Shown: in pieces, positions 1 through 9,004 of the stretch
How the letters are laid out: every line of letters starts with the position of its first letter
Position numbering within the stretch: the stretch's first letter is position 1
DNA from: an uncultured virus (IMG/VR IMGVR_UViG_3300044638_007755)
Lineage: Duplodnaviria; Heunggongvirae; Uroviricota; Caudoviricetes
Virus record (IMG/VR): IMGVR_UViG_3300044638_007755
Length of the DNA stretch: 20,000 nt
Strand: one strand, 5' to 3'
The notes under the pieces: model-generated
The model's database searches: none
What the model saw: the letters and a program-made list of their open reading frames with translations, nothing else
What the model was told of the DNA's origin: nothing
Made by a program: the position numbers and the translations under genes

Positions 1-445
1 TTTTGTCAAAACACGTAGCTCTAGTTAAACATATATCAACTTCAGTAGGAGATGAAACTTTTTCTATTCTGCCCGGACCAGGAATATTGGTATATAAATT
101 ATTGACTAAATTTCTACCCTCATAAGTATATACTCTACAATAATCAGAAGTGAAAGCATCTACTAATCCTTTGATATTTAGTTCAGAGAGAATCAGGTCA
201 TCATCATGAACAACTACGCATCTATTTTTACACAGTAGGGCAGCACTAAATCTTGAGTTTAGTCCTAGATCTTTATTTGTGTTTATGGTTTTAACCTTAG
301 GCAAATTGCTATTAATCAAAAATAAACTATTATTGTTCCATACTATAATTTCTTCAACTATAGAATAGTTATTATATTTTTCGATTATGCTATTTATATT
401 TTTAGGCCTATTCCATGATAGTATAACTATTGAACATTTTGTCAT
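1..445 (-). CDS. Partial GT-A glycosyltransferase, GT64 (EXTL2/exostosin C-terminal)-like; runs off the left edge
   Basis: Not in the ORF track. Manual translation from the ATG at 445: MTKCSIVILSWNRPKNINSIIEKYNNYSIVEEIIVWNNN...DLGLNSRFSAALLCKNRCVVVHDDDLIL...CFDK, open to position 1. The IIVWN, LNxRF and V-x-x-DDD motifs match the GT64 pattern. It overlaps the upstream GT8 gene by 38 nt. Confidence 0.75.
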   Translation of the reverse strand, partial: MTKCSIVILSWNRPKNINSIIEKYNNYSIVEEIIVWNNNSLFLINSNLPKVKTINTNKDLGLNSRFSAALLCKNRCVVVHDDDLILSELNIKGLVDAFTSDYCRVYTYEGRNLVNNLYTNIPGPGRIEKVSSPTEVDICLTRATCFDK

Positions 446-1244
446 TTCTTACCTCTTGAAACATTGGACACTGTATATTACTCCATGGTTTGTGGTTATG
501 CCAATAGTGAACTATGTGCATGGGTTCATTATTTTTATATGCTTCCCATACGCCATTATTATTTTTAGAGAATTCAACACCAAAAGAACAGGGATTATAT
601 GAGCTATCTATTTCTTCGTGCCTATAGTCATACTGTATAAAATCTAGGTAAGATTTTAATATAGCCTGATCTGTTCCTGGAATGATTTGTTTTGAACCCT
701 TAAAATAAAACATAAATCTGTGTCTAATACCATAGTCATATATTTTATTCCAGTTAATAATTTCTTTTTGCGGGTCATTAATCAACATAACACCAGAATT
801 AATGAATGGTGGATAGTTTGCTGTTTTAATTTGTTCATCTTGTTCATGATCTATGCAAATAATGGGTTTCGACTGATTATTATGAACCTCTCTTATTTTA
901 TTGATGTCGGACACTATAATAGCATCAGCATCTATGAAAATAAAAGGAAAAGAAATAGAGCAAATAACAAAAAATTTATAGGTGAAATTTGTTCCACGAG
1001 ACTTGAAGGATCCAGCAGGAAAATTAATTTTTTGATCAAAACCATTATGTATGGTATTTTTAAATTTACAAGTTTTTGAAGATCTCATTTTGTCTAGCAA
1101 TATTTTAGGTAGAAGATCCCTAGAAAAGATAATACAAGTATCTGTTTCTTTAAGCCAAAGCTCGGCCTGTTTAATCCACAGGTAGCATAATGCCACATTA
1201 TTCTTATTATTCCAATCATAGTTCATTACCGTGACTATATTCAT
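408..1244 (-). CDS. Glycosyltransferase family 8-like protein
   Basis: 278 aa with FIDADAII (DxD), INSGVMLI, TDQAIL, YN and IVHYW..KPW in the canonical GT8 order. Confidence 0.85.
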   Translation of the reverse strand: MNIVTVMNYDWNNKNNVALCYLWIKQAELWLKETDTCIIFSRDLLPKILLDKMRSSKTCKFKNTIHNGFDQKINFPAGSFKSRGTNFTYKFFVICSISFPFIFIDADAIIVSDINKIREVHNNQSKPIICIDHEQDEQIKTANYPPFINSGVMLINDPQKEIINWNKIYDYGIRHRFMFYFKGSKQIIPGTDQAILKSYLDFIQYDYRHEEIDSSYNPCSFGVEFSKNNNGVWEAYKNNEPMHIVHYWHNHKPWSNIQCPMFQEVRNDKMFNSYTIME

Positions 1245-3561
1245 TTTTTGATGTAAATCCCATATGATAGGCTATGGAGCTTGGATATTTTTTACCTAGC
1301 TCTGCGATGCTTATACTTGTGTTCTGTATATGTTCATCATAGCTGGTATTTCTCTGTTTGTCTAGGCACCACCAGGCTGGAAAGAAATGCTTATGATCTA
1401 AGATGCTGATATCTATACCAGAAATACTATCTAAACACGACTGAACAAAATCAGGTCCACTACAAATAACCGCACCCTCATTTTGATTGACTCCATAAGA
1501 CTCTCTCATTTGACCAATAATAAATGCTATAATAGGATTGCTAATTGTAGATCCTAAAAACCCATTCGCCACTCTAGTAGTATCTTTGTCTAGAAATCTG
1601 CTCCCTGTTTTTGTTCCATTTTTTTCATAAGATATAATAAAGCCATTTTTAACTACAGATATTAATGAAGACAGAGGCTTGTCTCCTAGCCAAACAAAGT
1701 CAGAATCCAAGTACCAACCGCCAAACCTATTTAAAATTTCTAGTCTAGCAATATCTGATTTAGCGTCATATTTCTTTTCTTTCATAAAAAGGTCTTTATT
1801 GATCATATCTAAATTATTAAGTTTTTCTTCTGTCCATAAAATATATCTCCAGCCGGGATACTTATTTGTATATTCTTTGGAAAAAGTCTCCATCATCATT
1901 TTAATTTCTGAAGAAATTTCCCCAAACCAAATCTGATGAATAATAGGTGGAATCAATAGTCTAAAATCTCTAAAATAATTAGGGGCAAATTTTAAAAATT
2001 CTTCTGCTGTCATATTAGCAATATCTATATCCATTTTTTCTAGAATATAAAGCTCTGGGACACTAATAGGATCATCGTATTTTGTAAAATATATTGGCCA
2101 GCGTGTTTCATTCTTGTTTCTTTTATCGTCAAAAAAAATATCTGGCAAAGATGCGTATTCTAGAGTATTAGCGCCAGGAATATTAAATTGCATTTTTTTT
2201 CTGATTTTATACATAGCTTTATCGCTAGCTCCAAAAACTAAACTTTTTAAATACGTATTGTCATCAGACATGTCTAAATGCTGAGCGATATCGTGCCGTA
2301 TAATCTGTTTATTAATCCTAATAATCTTTCCTAATTTATAGGCTATTTGAGTAAATTCATCATCACAAAAATACCCCTGATAACTAGTATGATATATGTA
2401 GTTAAATCTTTCATAGTATTTTTTACCGACTATACTCAAAGTGTCTGTTTTTTCGTTGTCTCCTGTGTCGAACCAAAGAACCCCGTCTAAATCTGTAAAA
2501 TATTTATTCATACTTTGTGCGATAATTCTATCGTAATGTTTTTCTGTAACTATCATGTCATCTGAAGCAGCTACTACTATATCGAAATCGAATCGATTAA
2601 TGTCCGCATTATATGCTTCTATTTTGGTCTGGTGGTTATCGAAAAAAATATGAACATTTGGAAATGAAAGAATTTTATTTATTGTGCTTTTATTGTTTAT
2701 TGTTGTATCATTTGTATTACCAGATATACAAAATGCTATATCTTCTATACTATATGCGTTGGTCTGAAAAGATTCTAGTGTTCGCAATAGTTTACTCTCT
2801 CTACCTAAAGTAGGTATTTTTATTAAAAGCTTACATTTAATCTTGTCTTTATTTTCATTACTATCCTGTGTAAGATGTTTTTGTTTATGGTAAGAATAAC
2901 TAGATTTAGTTACTAAATATTTTTTTTTATGAGAAGATGTTTTTTCGATATGAATACTATAATATTTTTGATTAAATCTTAGATAATGATGATAGAGTCT
3001 TTGTCTTTTAGAATAGCCATTTTCTTCAGCCCAAGGCAGATAATAATTCTCTGTTTTTGGATATCGGCTCAGATAGTCCTCTTCGTTAAACTCTATGTCT
3101 ACTGGTTGTAGCCATAGTTTTTGATCGTCGTTTAAAAATCTATAATAGAACAATAGAAAATGGTGATAGATTCTTTGACGATCTGAAAAACCCATATTTA
3201 TAGCGTCTGGCAAATAGTAATTGGCTACTTCAGGATTATTTTTTAGATATTGTTGTTCATCAAAATTTTCTGGTATGTCTATTAACCAGGCTACGGTATC
3301 ATTAAAGATATTATCAAAATTATCTAAATTATTATTGTTATAATAGAGAAGATTAATATTTTCAATGGGTATTAATTGACTATCTAGTGGTCTGTCAGAC
3401 ACTAAAAGTTTAACATAGCTAGAATCATTAATAAGCACATCTTTTACTGATGTGCTAATAAATAAATTATTTACTAAAAAAGAGTTATCTGTTATAGTTT
3501 CGTAATAATAAAAGATATTTTCTATATTATTTTTTATTTTGCTTAAAATATCATTAGGCAT
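1216..3561 (-). CDS. Multidomain glycosyltransferase: N-terminal FDxxxYLxxNP repeats, GT2-like GT-A domain and GT32 (DxD/OCH1-like) domain
   Basis: KLLIKIPTLGR...ASDDM...DTLSIVG...YFCDDEF marks the GT-A domain. IPPIIHQIWFG...YILWTE...KSDIARLEILNRFGGWYLDSDF marks GT32. The track start is 3606; the ATG at 3561 (MPNDIL), which overlaps the upstream stop by 8 nt, is preferred. Confidence 0.85.
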   Translation of the reverse strand: MPNDILSKIKNNIENIFYYYETITDNSFLVNNLFISTSVKDVLINDSSYVKLLVSDRPLDSQLIPIENINLLYYNNNNLDNFDNIFNDTVAWLIDIPENFDEQQYLKNNPEVANYYLPDAINMGFSDRQRIYHHFLLFYYRFLNDDQKLWLQPVDIEFNEEDYLSRYPKTENYYLPWAEENGYSKRQRLYHHYLRFNQKYYSIHIEKTSSHKKKYLVTKSSYSYHKQKHLTQDSNENKDKIKCKLLIKIPTLGRESKLLRTLESFQTNAYSIEDIAFCISGNTNDTTINNKSTINKILSFPNVHIFFDNHQTKIEAYNADINRFDFDIVVAASDDMIVTEKHYDRIIAQSMNKYFTDLDGVLWFDTGDNEKTDTLSIVGKKYYERFNYIYHTSYQGYFCDDEFTQIAYKLGKIIRINKQIIRHDIAQHLDMSDDNTYLKSLVFGASDKAMYKIRKKMQFNIPGANTLEYASLPDIFFDDKRNKNETRWPIYFTKYDDPISVPELYILEKMDIDIANMTAEEFLKFAPNYFRDFRLLIPPIIHQIWFGEISSEIKMMMETFSKEYTNKYPGWRYILWTEEKLNNLDMINKDLFMKEKKYDAKSDIARLEILNRFGGWYLDSDFVWLGDKPLSSLISVVKNGFIISYEKNGTKTGSRFLDKDTTRVANGFLGSTISNPIIAFIIGQMRESYGVNQNEGAVICSGPDFVQSCLDSISGIDISILDHKHFFPAWWCLDKQRNTSYDEHIQNTSISIAELGKKYPSSIAYHMGFTSKNEYSHGNEL
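2974..3288 (-). repeat. Two ~58-aa tandem protein repeats (W..xx..F[DN]ExxYLxxxP....YYLPxA...GxSxRQRxYHHxLxF)
   Basis: Residues ~107-153 and ~165-211 of the 796-aa translation align closely by eye. Confidence 0.85.
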
Positions 3562-4333
3562 AAAAATTAATTTTAGTTGTGGGAAGATTAGATATATGGA
3601 CGGCAACGCTTGAAAAAGAGCTTACCATTCCAAAGATTTTTATACACTTAGATAGTAATATGATATTAATAAATCCGCATATTATGCCTCTTTTAGAGTT
3701 TCTATTATATGGGCATGAACCTAATATAATCAGGTTTTGTTTATCATATCTATTAGTAAAAAGTTCTTCATCTTCTAGGTTTTCGCATGACAAAAGGAAT
3801 TTTTGATTATTGTTATGGTTTAAAATGTCATCAATAGTCGAGAAAAAAGCCTCCGGAGACACATATTTTCTCTTATCTCTTGGGTCTATATTTCCAACTT
3901 TTATATCTCCACCGCGAACATGTATACCAAAAGTGTTTTCTGGGATATTAATATTATTAATCTCATCAATAATACTTGGATGAAGTTTGATGTTGTTGAA
4001 TGTTTCAGCTAGGTCAGGGCTGTGGGAGCTATGTTCAAGTCTAGCAGTAAATGGGTGTACCCAGTGAATCTTTTGTTGGAGTTCTGTATTTGTAATCATA
4101 GAGTTTCGTATCTCAAGCCTATTATTATATAGCTCGGCCCTGTCTTGAATCATAACCAATCTCTCATCGTCAAACAGATCATTAAAACCGCAGCCGCTAC
4201 CAAAATCGTCATGCCAATAATACTTGAGAGGTAAGCCGTAATGCATAGTAAGGTAGTGCGCACTATAGAGAGTGTGTAGTCTGTTACCAAGGCCGCCTGC
4301 TAAGCTTACGATAATATCTGCGTCTTTATACAT
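3554..4333 (-). CDS. Fucosyltransferase-like GT-B protein (GT11/GT23/O-fucosyltransferase superfamily)
   Basis: N-terminal GGLGNRL, central GIHVRGGD GDP-fucose-binding motif and C-terminal LLSKC...SSFS. Confidence 0.8.
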   Translation of the reverse strand: MYKDADIIVSLAGGLGNRLHTLYSAHYLTMHYGLPLKYYWHDDFGSGCGFNDLFDDERLVMIQDRAELYNNRLEIRNSMITNTELQQKIHWVHPFTARLEHSSHSPDLAETFNNIKLHPSIIDEINNINIPENTFGIHVRGGDIKVGNIDPRDKRKYVSPEAFFSTIDDILNHNNNQKFLLSCENLEDEELFTNRYDKQNLIILGSCPYNRNSKRGIICGFINIILLSKCIKIFGMVSSFSSVAVHISNLPTTKINFYA

Positions 4334-5118
4334 TTGTTAATATCCTTTTTAATATTATATTTCATCTGTTGAAATATTTGTTTAAGCTTTGATTGTTCTC
4401 CATGAATTTTATTAAAGTAAAATTCGTAGTTATTTAATATATTTTTTGTTGCATCTACTATGGACCCATACGGGCTCCAGATGACATATTCATGATAAGG
4501 AACAGCTTCCTTCAACGGACTATCCTCTGCAACAACCACCAATCCATTTAATAATGCTGGAATTACTCTAATTTCTTCAAATGTATGATGATATTCTGTT
4601 TGATGAACATTCACTAGAATTTTGCCTTGTTTGTATATATCATACAGATTTTGGTCAAAAGTATTTTGAATATTTATATAACTAGAAAAACCATTATTTA
4701 GATTGTTAAACAATACCTGTCTTCTACCATAAACATGATAAAAACAAGTTAATATATCAATATTTTTTTTGTCGTTTTTAGGACTATACTCACACAATAG
4801 TGGAGGAATATAAATTATTTTATTAAAATATTTACTGTATATTGAGTTTTTTATATTAAGAATATTAGGCTGACTATATTCGATATAGATATCAGAATTT
4901 ACAAAACCTTTGAAGTTTTCTATTCTAACTAAGTAATTGTCTTTTTTGTTTGGGAGTGGTATTGTTCCTTTTTGAAAATCATGATTCTGAGTAAATTCAG
5001 GACAAACTAGATTGTGTTCACAATTAATACAGATATTGGGATTAACTGTATAGTTTACGAGATCACTTTGATCTAGTTCGTTTTGAATAAAATTAATATA
5101 ATCTGTTAGATATGGCAT
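4306..5118 (-). CDS. Putative GT-B glycosyltransferase (Glyco_trans_1_2/CgeB-like C-terminal domain)
   Basis: GRR...KILVNVH...FEEIRVIPALLNGLVVVAEDS resembles the GT-B C-terminal motif. It lies inside the GT cluster. Confidence 0.6.
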   Translation of the reverse strand: MPYLTDYINFIQNELDQSDLVNYTVNPNICINCEHNLVCPEFTQNHDFQKGTIPLPNKKDNYLVRIENFKGFVNSDIYIEYSQPNILNIKNSIYSKYFNKIIYIPPLLCEYSPKNDKKNIDILTCFYHVYGRRQVLFNNLNNGFSSYINIQNTFDQNLYDIYKQGKILVNVHQTEYHHTFEEIRVIPALLNGLVVVAEDSPLKEAVPYHEYVIWSPYGSIVDATKNILNNYEFYFNKIHGEQSKLKQIFQQMKYNIKKDINKCIKTQILS

Positions 5119-5121
5119 AGT

Positions 5122-5910
5122 TTAAGAGATCCATCCATAATTATTATTTGCTTCGTTAGTAAAGTGTTGAATAATATTAGTTGAGGATCCCCTATATAAA
5201 GATGCCCAATAACCACAATTACCGGAATGAGTTATCATAATGTTACATCGAGACACAACAATGACCGCTGCTATAAAATCAATCGCAAAATTTATTCTAT
5301 TATTCACATCAAGTAAGGCAGTCACAGATGTGGATGGTCGGTTTATTGCTGGTAGTTCTGCGATGTGAATAGAATTTTCAAATTCTGCTAAAAAAAGTTG
5401 CAAAAAAACCAGATCGTCTGTTTGTACTAAAAACCTAATATTACGATTTAAATTTTTAACAATTTTTGCTCTTTTAATAAAGTCATCATGGGTCGCTAAT
5501 TTGCATTCTAATGCTTTATCGTTGCCCCGATAGAATACTGAGCAAAGATTGCTGTATTGTATATTATATTTATTTTCAAAATACAAAACTTTTTTTGTGA
5601 CAAAATTACTTGGGAAAAAATATTGATTAATGATTGGACTCAAAATATTAAAATTAAGCTTGGAATAATCAGTAAACTGATCGGTAAAATCGATATGCTC
5701 TGTATACGAGAGCTCTTGTGGAATATCTTGATCTAGAAAAAAATTAGTTATATCATTGTCTTGATTTTGTTTATATAACATAAATTGCTGGGAGCTATCG
5801 ACAATTTTAGGGAATATTTTATGCTCATTAGCATAAACAATTATTGCCCTTAATCTTTGACTCATACAAGAAAATAATCCTGCGTTGTGTGTTACTATTA
5901 ATTTATTCAT
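5122..5910 (-). CDS. NodZ-like (GT23 superfamily) fucosyltransferase
   Basis: AGLFSC near the N-terminus, VFYRGNDK (HxRxxDK variant), FLVQTDD and SRCNIMITHSGN motifs. Confidence 0.75.
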   Translation of the reverse strand: MNKLIVTHNAGLFSCMSQRLRAIIVYANEHKIFPKIVDSSQQFMLYKQNQDNDITNFFLDQDIPQELSYTEHIDFTDQFTDYSKLNFNILSPIINQYFFPSNFVTKKVLYFENKYNIQYSNLCSVFYRGNDKALECKLATHDDFIKRAKIVKNLNRNIRFLVQTDDLVFLQLFLAEFENSIHIAELPAINRPSTSVTALLDVNNRINFAIDFIAAVIVVSRCNIMITHSGNCGYWASLYRGSSTNIIQHFTNEANNNYGWIS

Positions 5911-5942
5911 ATTTTATGTTGCTATAGAATTAATGTTAGGCG

Positions 5943-7202
5943 TTAGGATTTTTTATGTATAATATAGTAGTTATAAATATTACTGATTTGTTCTAAACTA
6001 ATAATCGTATCCTTAGTTGTGCTAAAATTACCAATAATTTTATTTGGTAAATATTGGCGATTAAGAAATTTAGCGACTAGGATATCTTCAGGGTTTTTAA
6101 TATTAGCGTTTGTTATATGGTCTATATACATTTTTATACCAACATCATAAGCTAGTACTGCTAAGCCTCCTTTGATCTGTTCTATCAAAAAGACTTCGCA
6201 CTGACCCATGAATAATCGACACGTTTCGTTTCCGGTAGCATATAATCCTACTCCTCCATTGATATGAGTTGATAATGCTGATCCTGCTGCGTTTGGAACT
6301 AATCCGTCATAAAGAGCCCCAGATATCCAAAAGCCGTTTGAATGATTAACAAAGTTTTTGAGTTTTTGTAGCCATGTTTCTCTAAAAAAACAATCTGTTT
6401 CCAGAAATAATGTGGTATTATAGTTTTTGCAGACCTCTATGGTTCTATAAAACATTATATTTGGCCCAGATTTTCTTCCATATGTTGGGATTTTTTCTAA
6501 CTTGCGGGCATCTTTCAAATACAAATCTTCTTCTTCAGTTAGATTAAGATTGATAATATTTACATTAGAAAAGATGGTTTGTATAGTTTTGGTTTCTATA
6601 CAGCAGTTTATATTGTTAACAATTATGTTGAAGTGTATGTTCTGGGCTTCTTCTTTGGTTGTATTGTCGATTAAACGATTAATTAATTCTATATATTGAC
6701 CATTTTGTATTTCATTATCCGTTACCAATAAAGCAATACATTCTAGATTATTTGTAAAATGTTTCAAAGAAGACCGTGGTATAATTTTACTAATATTTAG
6801 TGTTTTTATTTTATAAGCATATTTTTGTTGTTGATTTATATATCTTCCTTCTATTTTACCAAACTGATAATAATGATTAAACAGTCTTTCTCTCAATGAT
6901 ACTTGAGACAAATAAGCACTAAACTCAATAGTTTCAGGATATTCTGCAAGATAAAATTCATGATCAAAAGCATTATCTATTTCGTCTTCTGAGACCCATA
7001 CTTTTTTGAGCTGTTCTTTATTAAAGAGTCTATTTTCTTTATATCCACATTTAGTATAATGGTTTAGTAGTTTCTGATCTAATAAATCCTTACTAATTGA
7101 AGCATTAGCAGGAGTAAGGAGATGTTTGGCTATGTCTGGATTATATTTTATATAAATATCAGGATCAAATAGTTTAATATCTATTTCAGGTTCATCTTTC
7201 AT
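5943..7202 (-). CDS. Putative glycosyltransferase-like protein with two N-terminal FDxxxYxxxNPD...HY..xG..ExR repeats
   Basis: 419 aa. Repeats at residues ~12-59 and ~79-121. The C-terminal domain has GPN, FLETDCF (ExD) and HINGG..LY motifs. It lies inside the GT cluster. Confidence 0.55.
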   Translation of the reverse strand: MKDEPEIDIKLFDPDIYIKYNPDIAKHLLTPANASISKDLLDQKLLNHYTKCGYKENRLFNKEQLKKVWVSEDEIDNAFDHEFYLAEYPETIEFSAYLSQVSLRERLFNHYYQFGKIEGRYINQQQKYAYKIKTLNISKIIPRSSLKHFTNNLECIALLVTDNEIQNGQYIELINRLIDNTTKEEAQNIHFNIIVNNINCCIETKTIQTIFSNVNIINLNLTEEEDLYLKDARKLEKIPTYGRKSGPNIMFYRTIEVCKNYNTTLFLETDCFFRETWLQKLKNFVNHSNGFWISGALYDGLVPNAAGSALSTHINGGVGLYATGNETCRLFMGQCEVFLIEQIKGGLAVLAYDVGIKMYIDHITNANIKNPEDILVAKFLNRQYLPNKIIGNFSTTKDTIISLEQISNIYNYYIIHKKS

Positions 7203-8109
7203 TTATTTTATATTTTCTTATTTGATTTGGTGTTGTGTGTTTCCAGTCTACTACTATTCCAGATTTATCTTGAGAAAGAATTTTACCATAAACATACATA
7301 TTATCTCGATAATAACAGTCTCCGTTGTACATTATAACTATATTAAATATTTGATTAGGACTGTCATGTCCAAAGATATCAATATTTATTTCGGAACACT
7401 GGAGAATCTTTTGGTTGTTATAGGATACTAGATATCCGAACATTCTTTCTAGAGTATGACAATATGTTCCGTCTTTAGAATCAATCACTCTACCGCACTC
7501 TGCTTTAAATAGGTCATTCAGTTTTTGTATGGTTGATTCATTAAAATATTGTCTAAACAAACTAGTTCTGCCAAAAAACATATTACCAGAAGGAAAACTA
7601 CCAGAGTTGACAATGGAATAGTCTATATTCATCATTTGGCATAATTGATTTATTTTCTTAGTATTTGCCCTTTCTCTATTTGACAAGATTAGATTTTGAC
7701 TAGACAACATGCCAATATTTGGCTGATTAAACTTGGTTATATTGGATACGAAATTTTCTCTATTTCCAATCAAACTATTAAGCAGAATGGCTCTCCAGTT
7801 CATGCCTGGGACTATCTCGCTCTTTTTCCCGTGTATTTTTAAAAATACGTCATCAGAGTTCTCTGTGTTTAAAAAACTCATCTGATGAAGAAAAGGGAGA
7901 ACATCAACTCCCTTGTTCGGGTGCAAAGTAATTGACCCAGTAAAATGACTATAGAAGTCTTGAGAGATATGATCTATATTATTCTCTACACATAATCCAA
8001 GACGCAAATCAATCAGATCACCGATTGGCCTTAATAGCTCTAGAAATTCTGGCCAAAGATCATTATGATATAGCCATAATAATACCGGAATTTTTTGATG
8101 AGATTTCAT
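7192..8109 (-). CDS. Rhamnan synthesis F (RgpF)-like rhamnosyltransferase
   Basis: NKGVDVLPFL, LKIHGKKS, WRAILLNSLIG, FPSGNMFFGR and DGTYCHTLERMF correspond to RgpF family motifs (NxGxD..PF, KxHxKKS, GxMFW.R, DG...HA.ER). Confidence 0.8.
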   Translation of the reverse strand: MKSHQKIPVLLWLYHNDLWPEFLELLRPIGDLIDLRLGLCVENNIDHISQDFYSHFTGSITLHPNKGVDVLPFLHQMSFLNTENSDDVFLKIHGKKSEIVPGMNWRAILLNSLIGNRENFVSNITKFNQPNIGMLSSQNLILSNRERANTKKINQLCQMMNIDYSIVNSGSFPSGNMFFGRTSLFRQYFNESTIQKLNDLFKAECGRVIDSKDGTYCHTLERMFGYLVSYNNQKILQCSEINIDIFGHDSPNQIFNIVIMYNGDCYYRDNMYVYGKILSQDKSGIVVDWKHTTPNQIRKYKINER

Positions 8110-8124
8110 TGCATAATCAAGTAT

Positions 8125-8373
8125 CTATACTTTGATAGCTTTATTGTAAAGTATCAAACTAATTACAGATCCTACAACACCCATAAATAAACCAGCTGGA
8201 GAAACTGCTTGGTATGTTCCGAGCATATATAGGATTGCTCCTCCCATATAGGAACCAGCAACACCTAGAGCTATGGTTTGAAAAAAACCTAGATGTTCTT
8301 CTCCCGGAACTAAACTCTTAGCAATGCTACCAACAAAAATTCCATACACAGACCACATTAATAAATTAAACAT
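8125..8373 (-). CDS. GlsB/YeaQ/YmgE (transglycosylase-associated) small membrane protein
   Basis: 82 aa with three hydrophobic helices and the G..VG.IAK.LVPG...G...TI.LGVAGS..GG pattern. GGAGG lies upstream. Confidence 0.85.
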   Translation of the reverse strand: MFNLLMWSVYGIFVGSIAKSLVPGEEHLGFFQTIALGVAGSYMGGAILYMLGTYQAVSPAGLFMGVVGSVISLILYNKAIKV

Positions 8374-8746
8374 TAGCCGCCTCCATTAGAGTAAATGTTT
8401 CCTCTTCCGTGAGAGTTTCTCCTGTATCAAGAATAGCTTCTAATAAAGCTTTATTATAAAGTCTATAATTTTCTGAAGTTAATTCTTTTCTAATCAATTT
8501 TTTAATTCTCATTTTAGTAAACCAGCCCCTGGTATTAGTAAGAGCTTTAATTTCTTTAGAATATTGAGCTTGATCCATAGGGAGTACTTTATTTTTATCG
8601 CATTCTTGTAGAATCCTTACGCACGTTAAGATGATACTAATTACCATTAAAACCGTAACAATTGCAAATCCATAATTATCCTTTTCAGGAATCTGAGACT
8701 TTTCGATAACTTTGTTAGCAATAAGTTTTAGTTTTTCGTTATTCAT
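8366..8746 (-). CDS. Hypothetical protein with one transmembrane segment
   Basis: 126 aa, hydrophobic FAIVTVLMVISIILTCV segment, tightly packed with its neighbours. Confidence 0.7.
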   Translation of the reverse strand: MNNEKLKLIANKVIEKSQIPEKDNYGFAIVTVLMVISIILTCVRILQECDKNKVLPMDQAQYSKEIKALTNTRGWFTKMRIKKLIRKELTSENYRLYNKALLEAILDTGETLTEEETFTLMEAANV

Positions 8747-8761
8747 ATAAAGTATTCTTTT

Positions 8762-8989
8762 TTAAGAGTTTGTTTTATTGTCACCGGGTAAACCAGGACC
8801 AGCTGGAGCATATGGGGCATTTGGATCTTGCATTGAAGCTATGCACAATTCTGCCCAAGTTGAAGCTTCTGCGGACGATGACCAAGGAGTACCATTAGGC
8901 CAATTGGGTTGTAAAATGATTGGTTCTGTTTGTGTGTCAGAGTAGATCGCTACTGTATTATTTGCTTCTATTGTATATGTTAAAGTCAT
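8762..8989 (-). CDS. Small hypothetical protein (possible fibre-associated or chaperone protein)
   Basis: 75 aa, AAGGA upstream, directly after the 921-aa adhesin-like gene. Function is a guess from position. Confidence 0.65.
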   Translation of the reverse strand: MTLTYTIEANNTVAIYSDTQTEPIILQPNWPNGTPWSSSAEASTWAELCIASMQDPNAPYAPAGPGLPGDNKTNS

Positions 8990-9004
8990 AATATTTATCC
9001 TTTT

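Noticed and set aside
1..8109. Eukaryotic giant virus (NCLDV) origin suggested by the GT repertoire and AT richness
   Set aside because: Overlapping operon-like genes, SD-like sites and bacterial families (GlsB/YeaQ, RgpF, holin-like) favour a bacteriophage. No hallmark gene is present to settle it.
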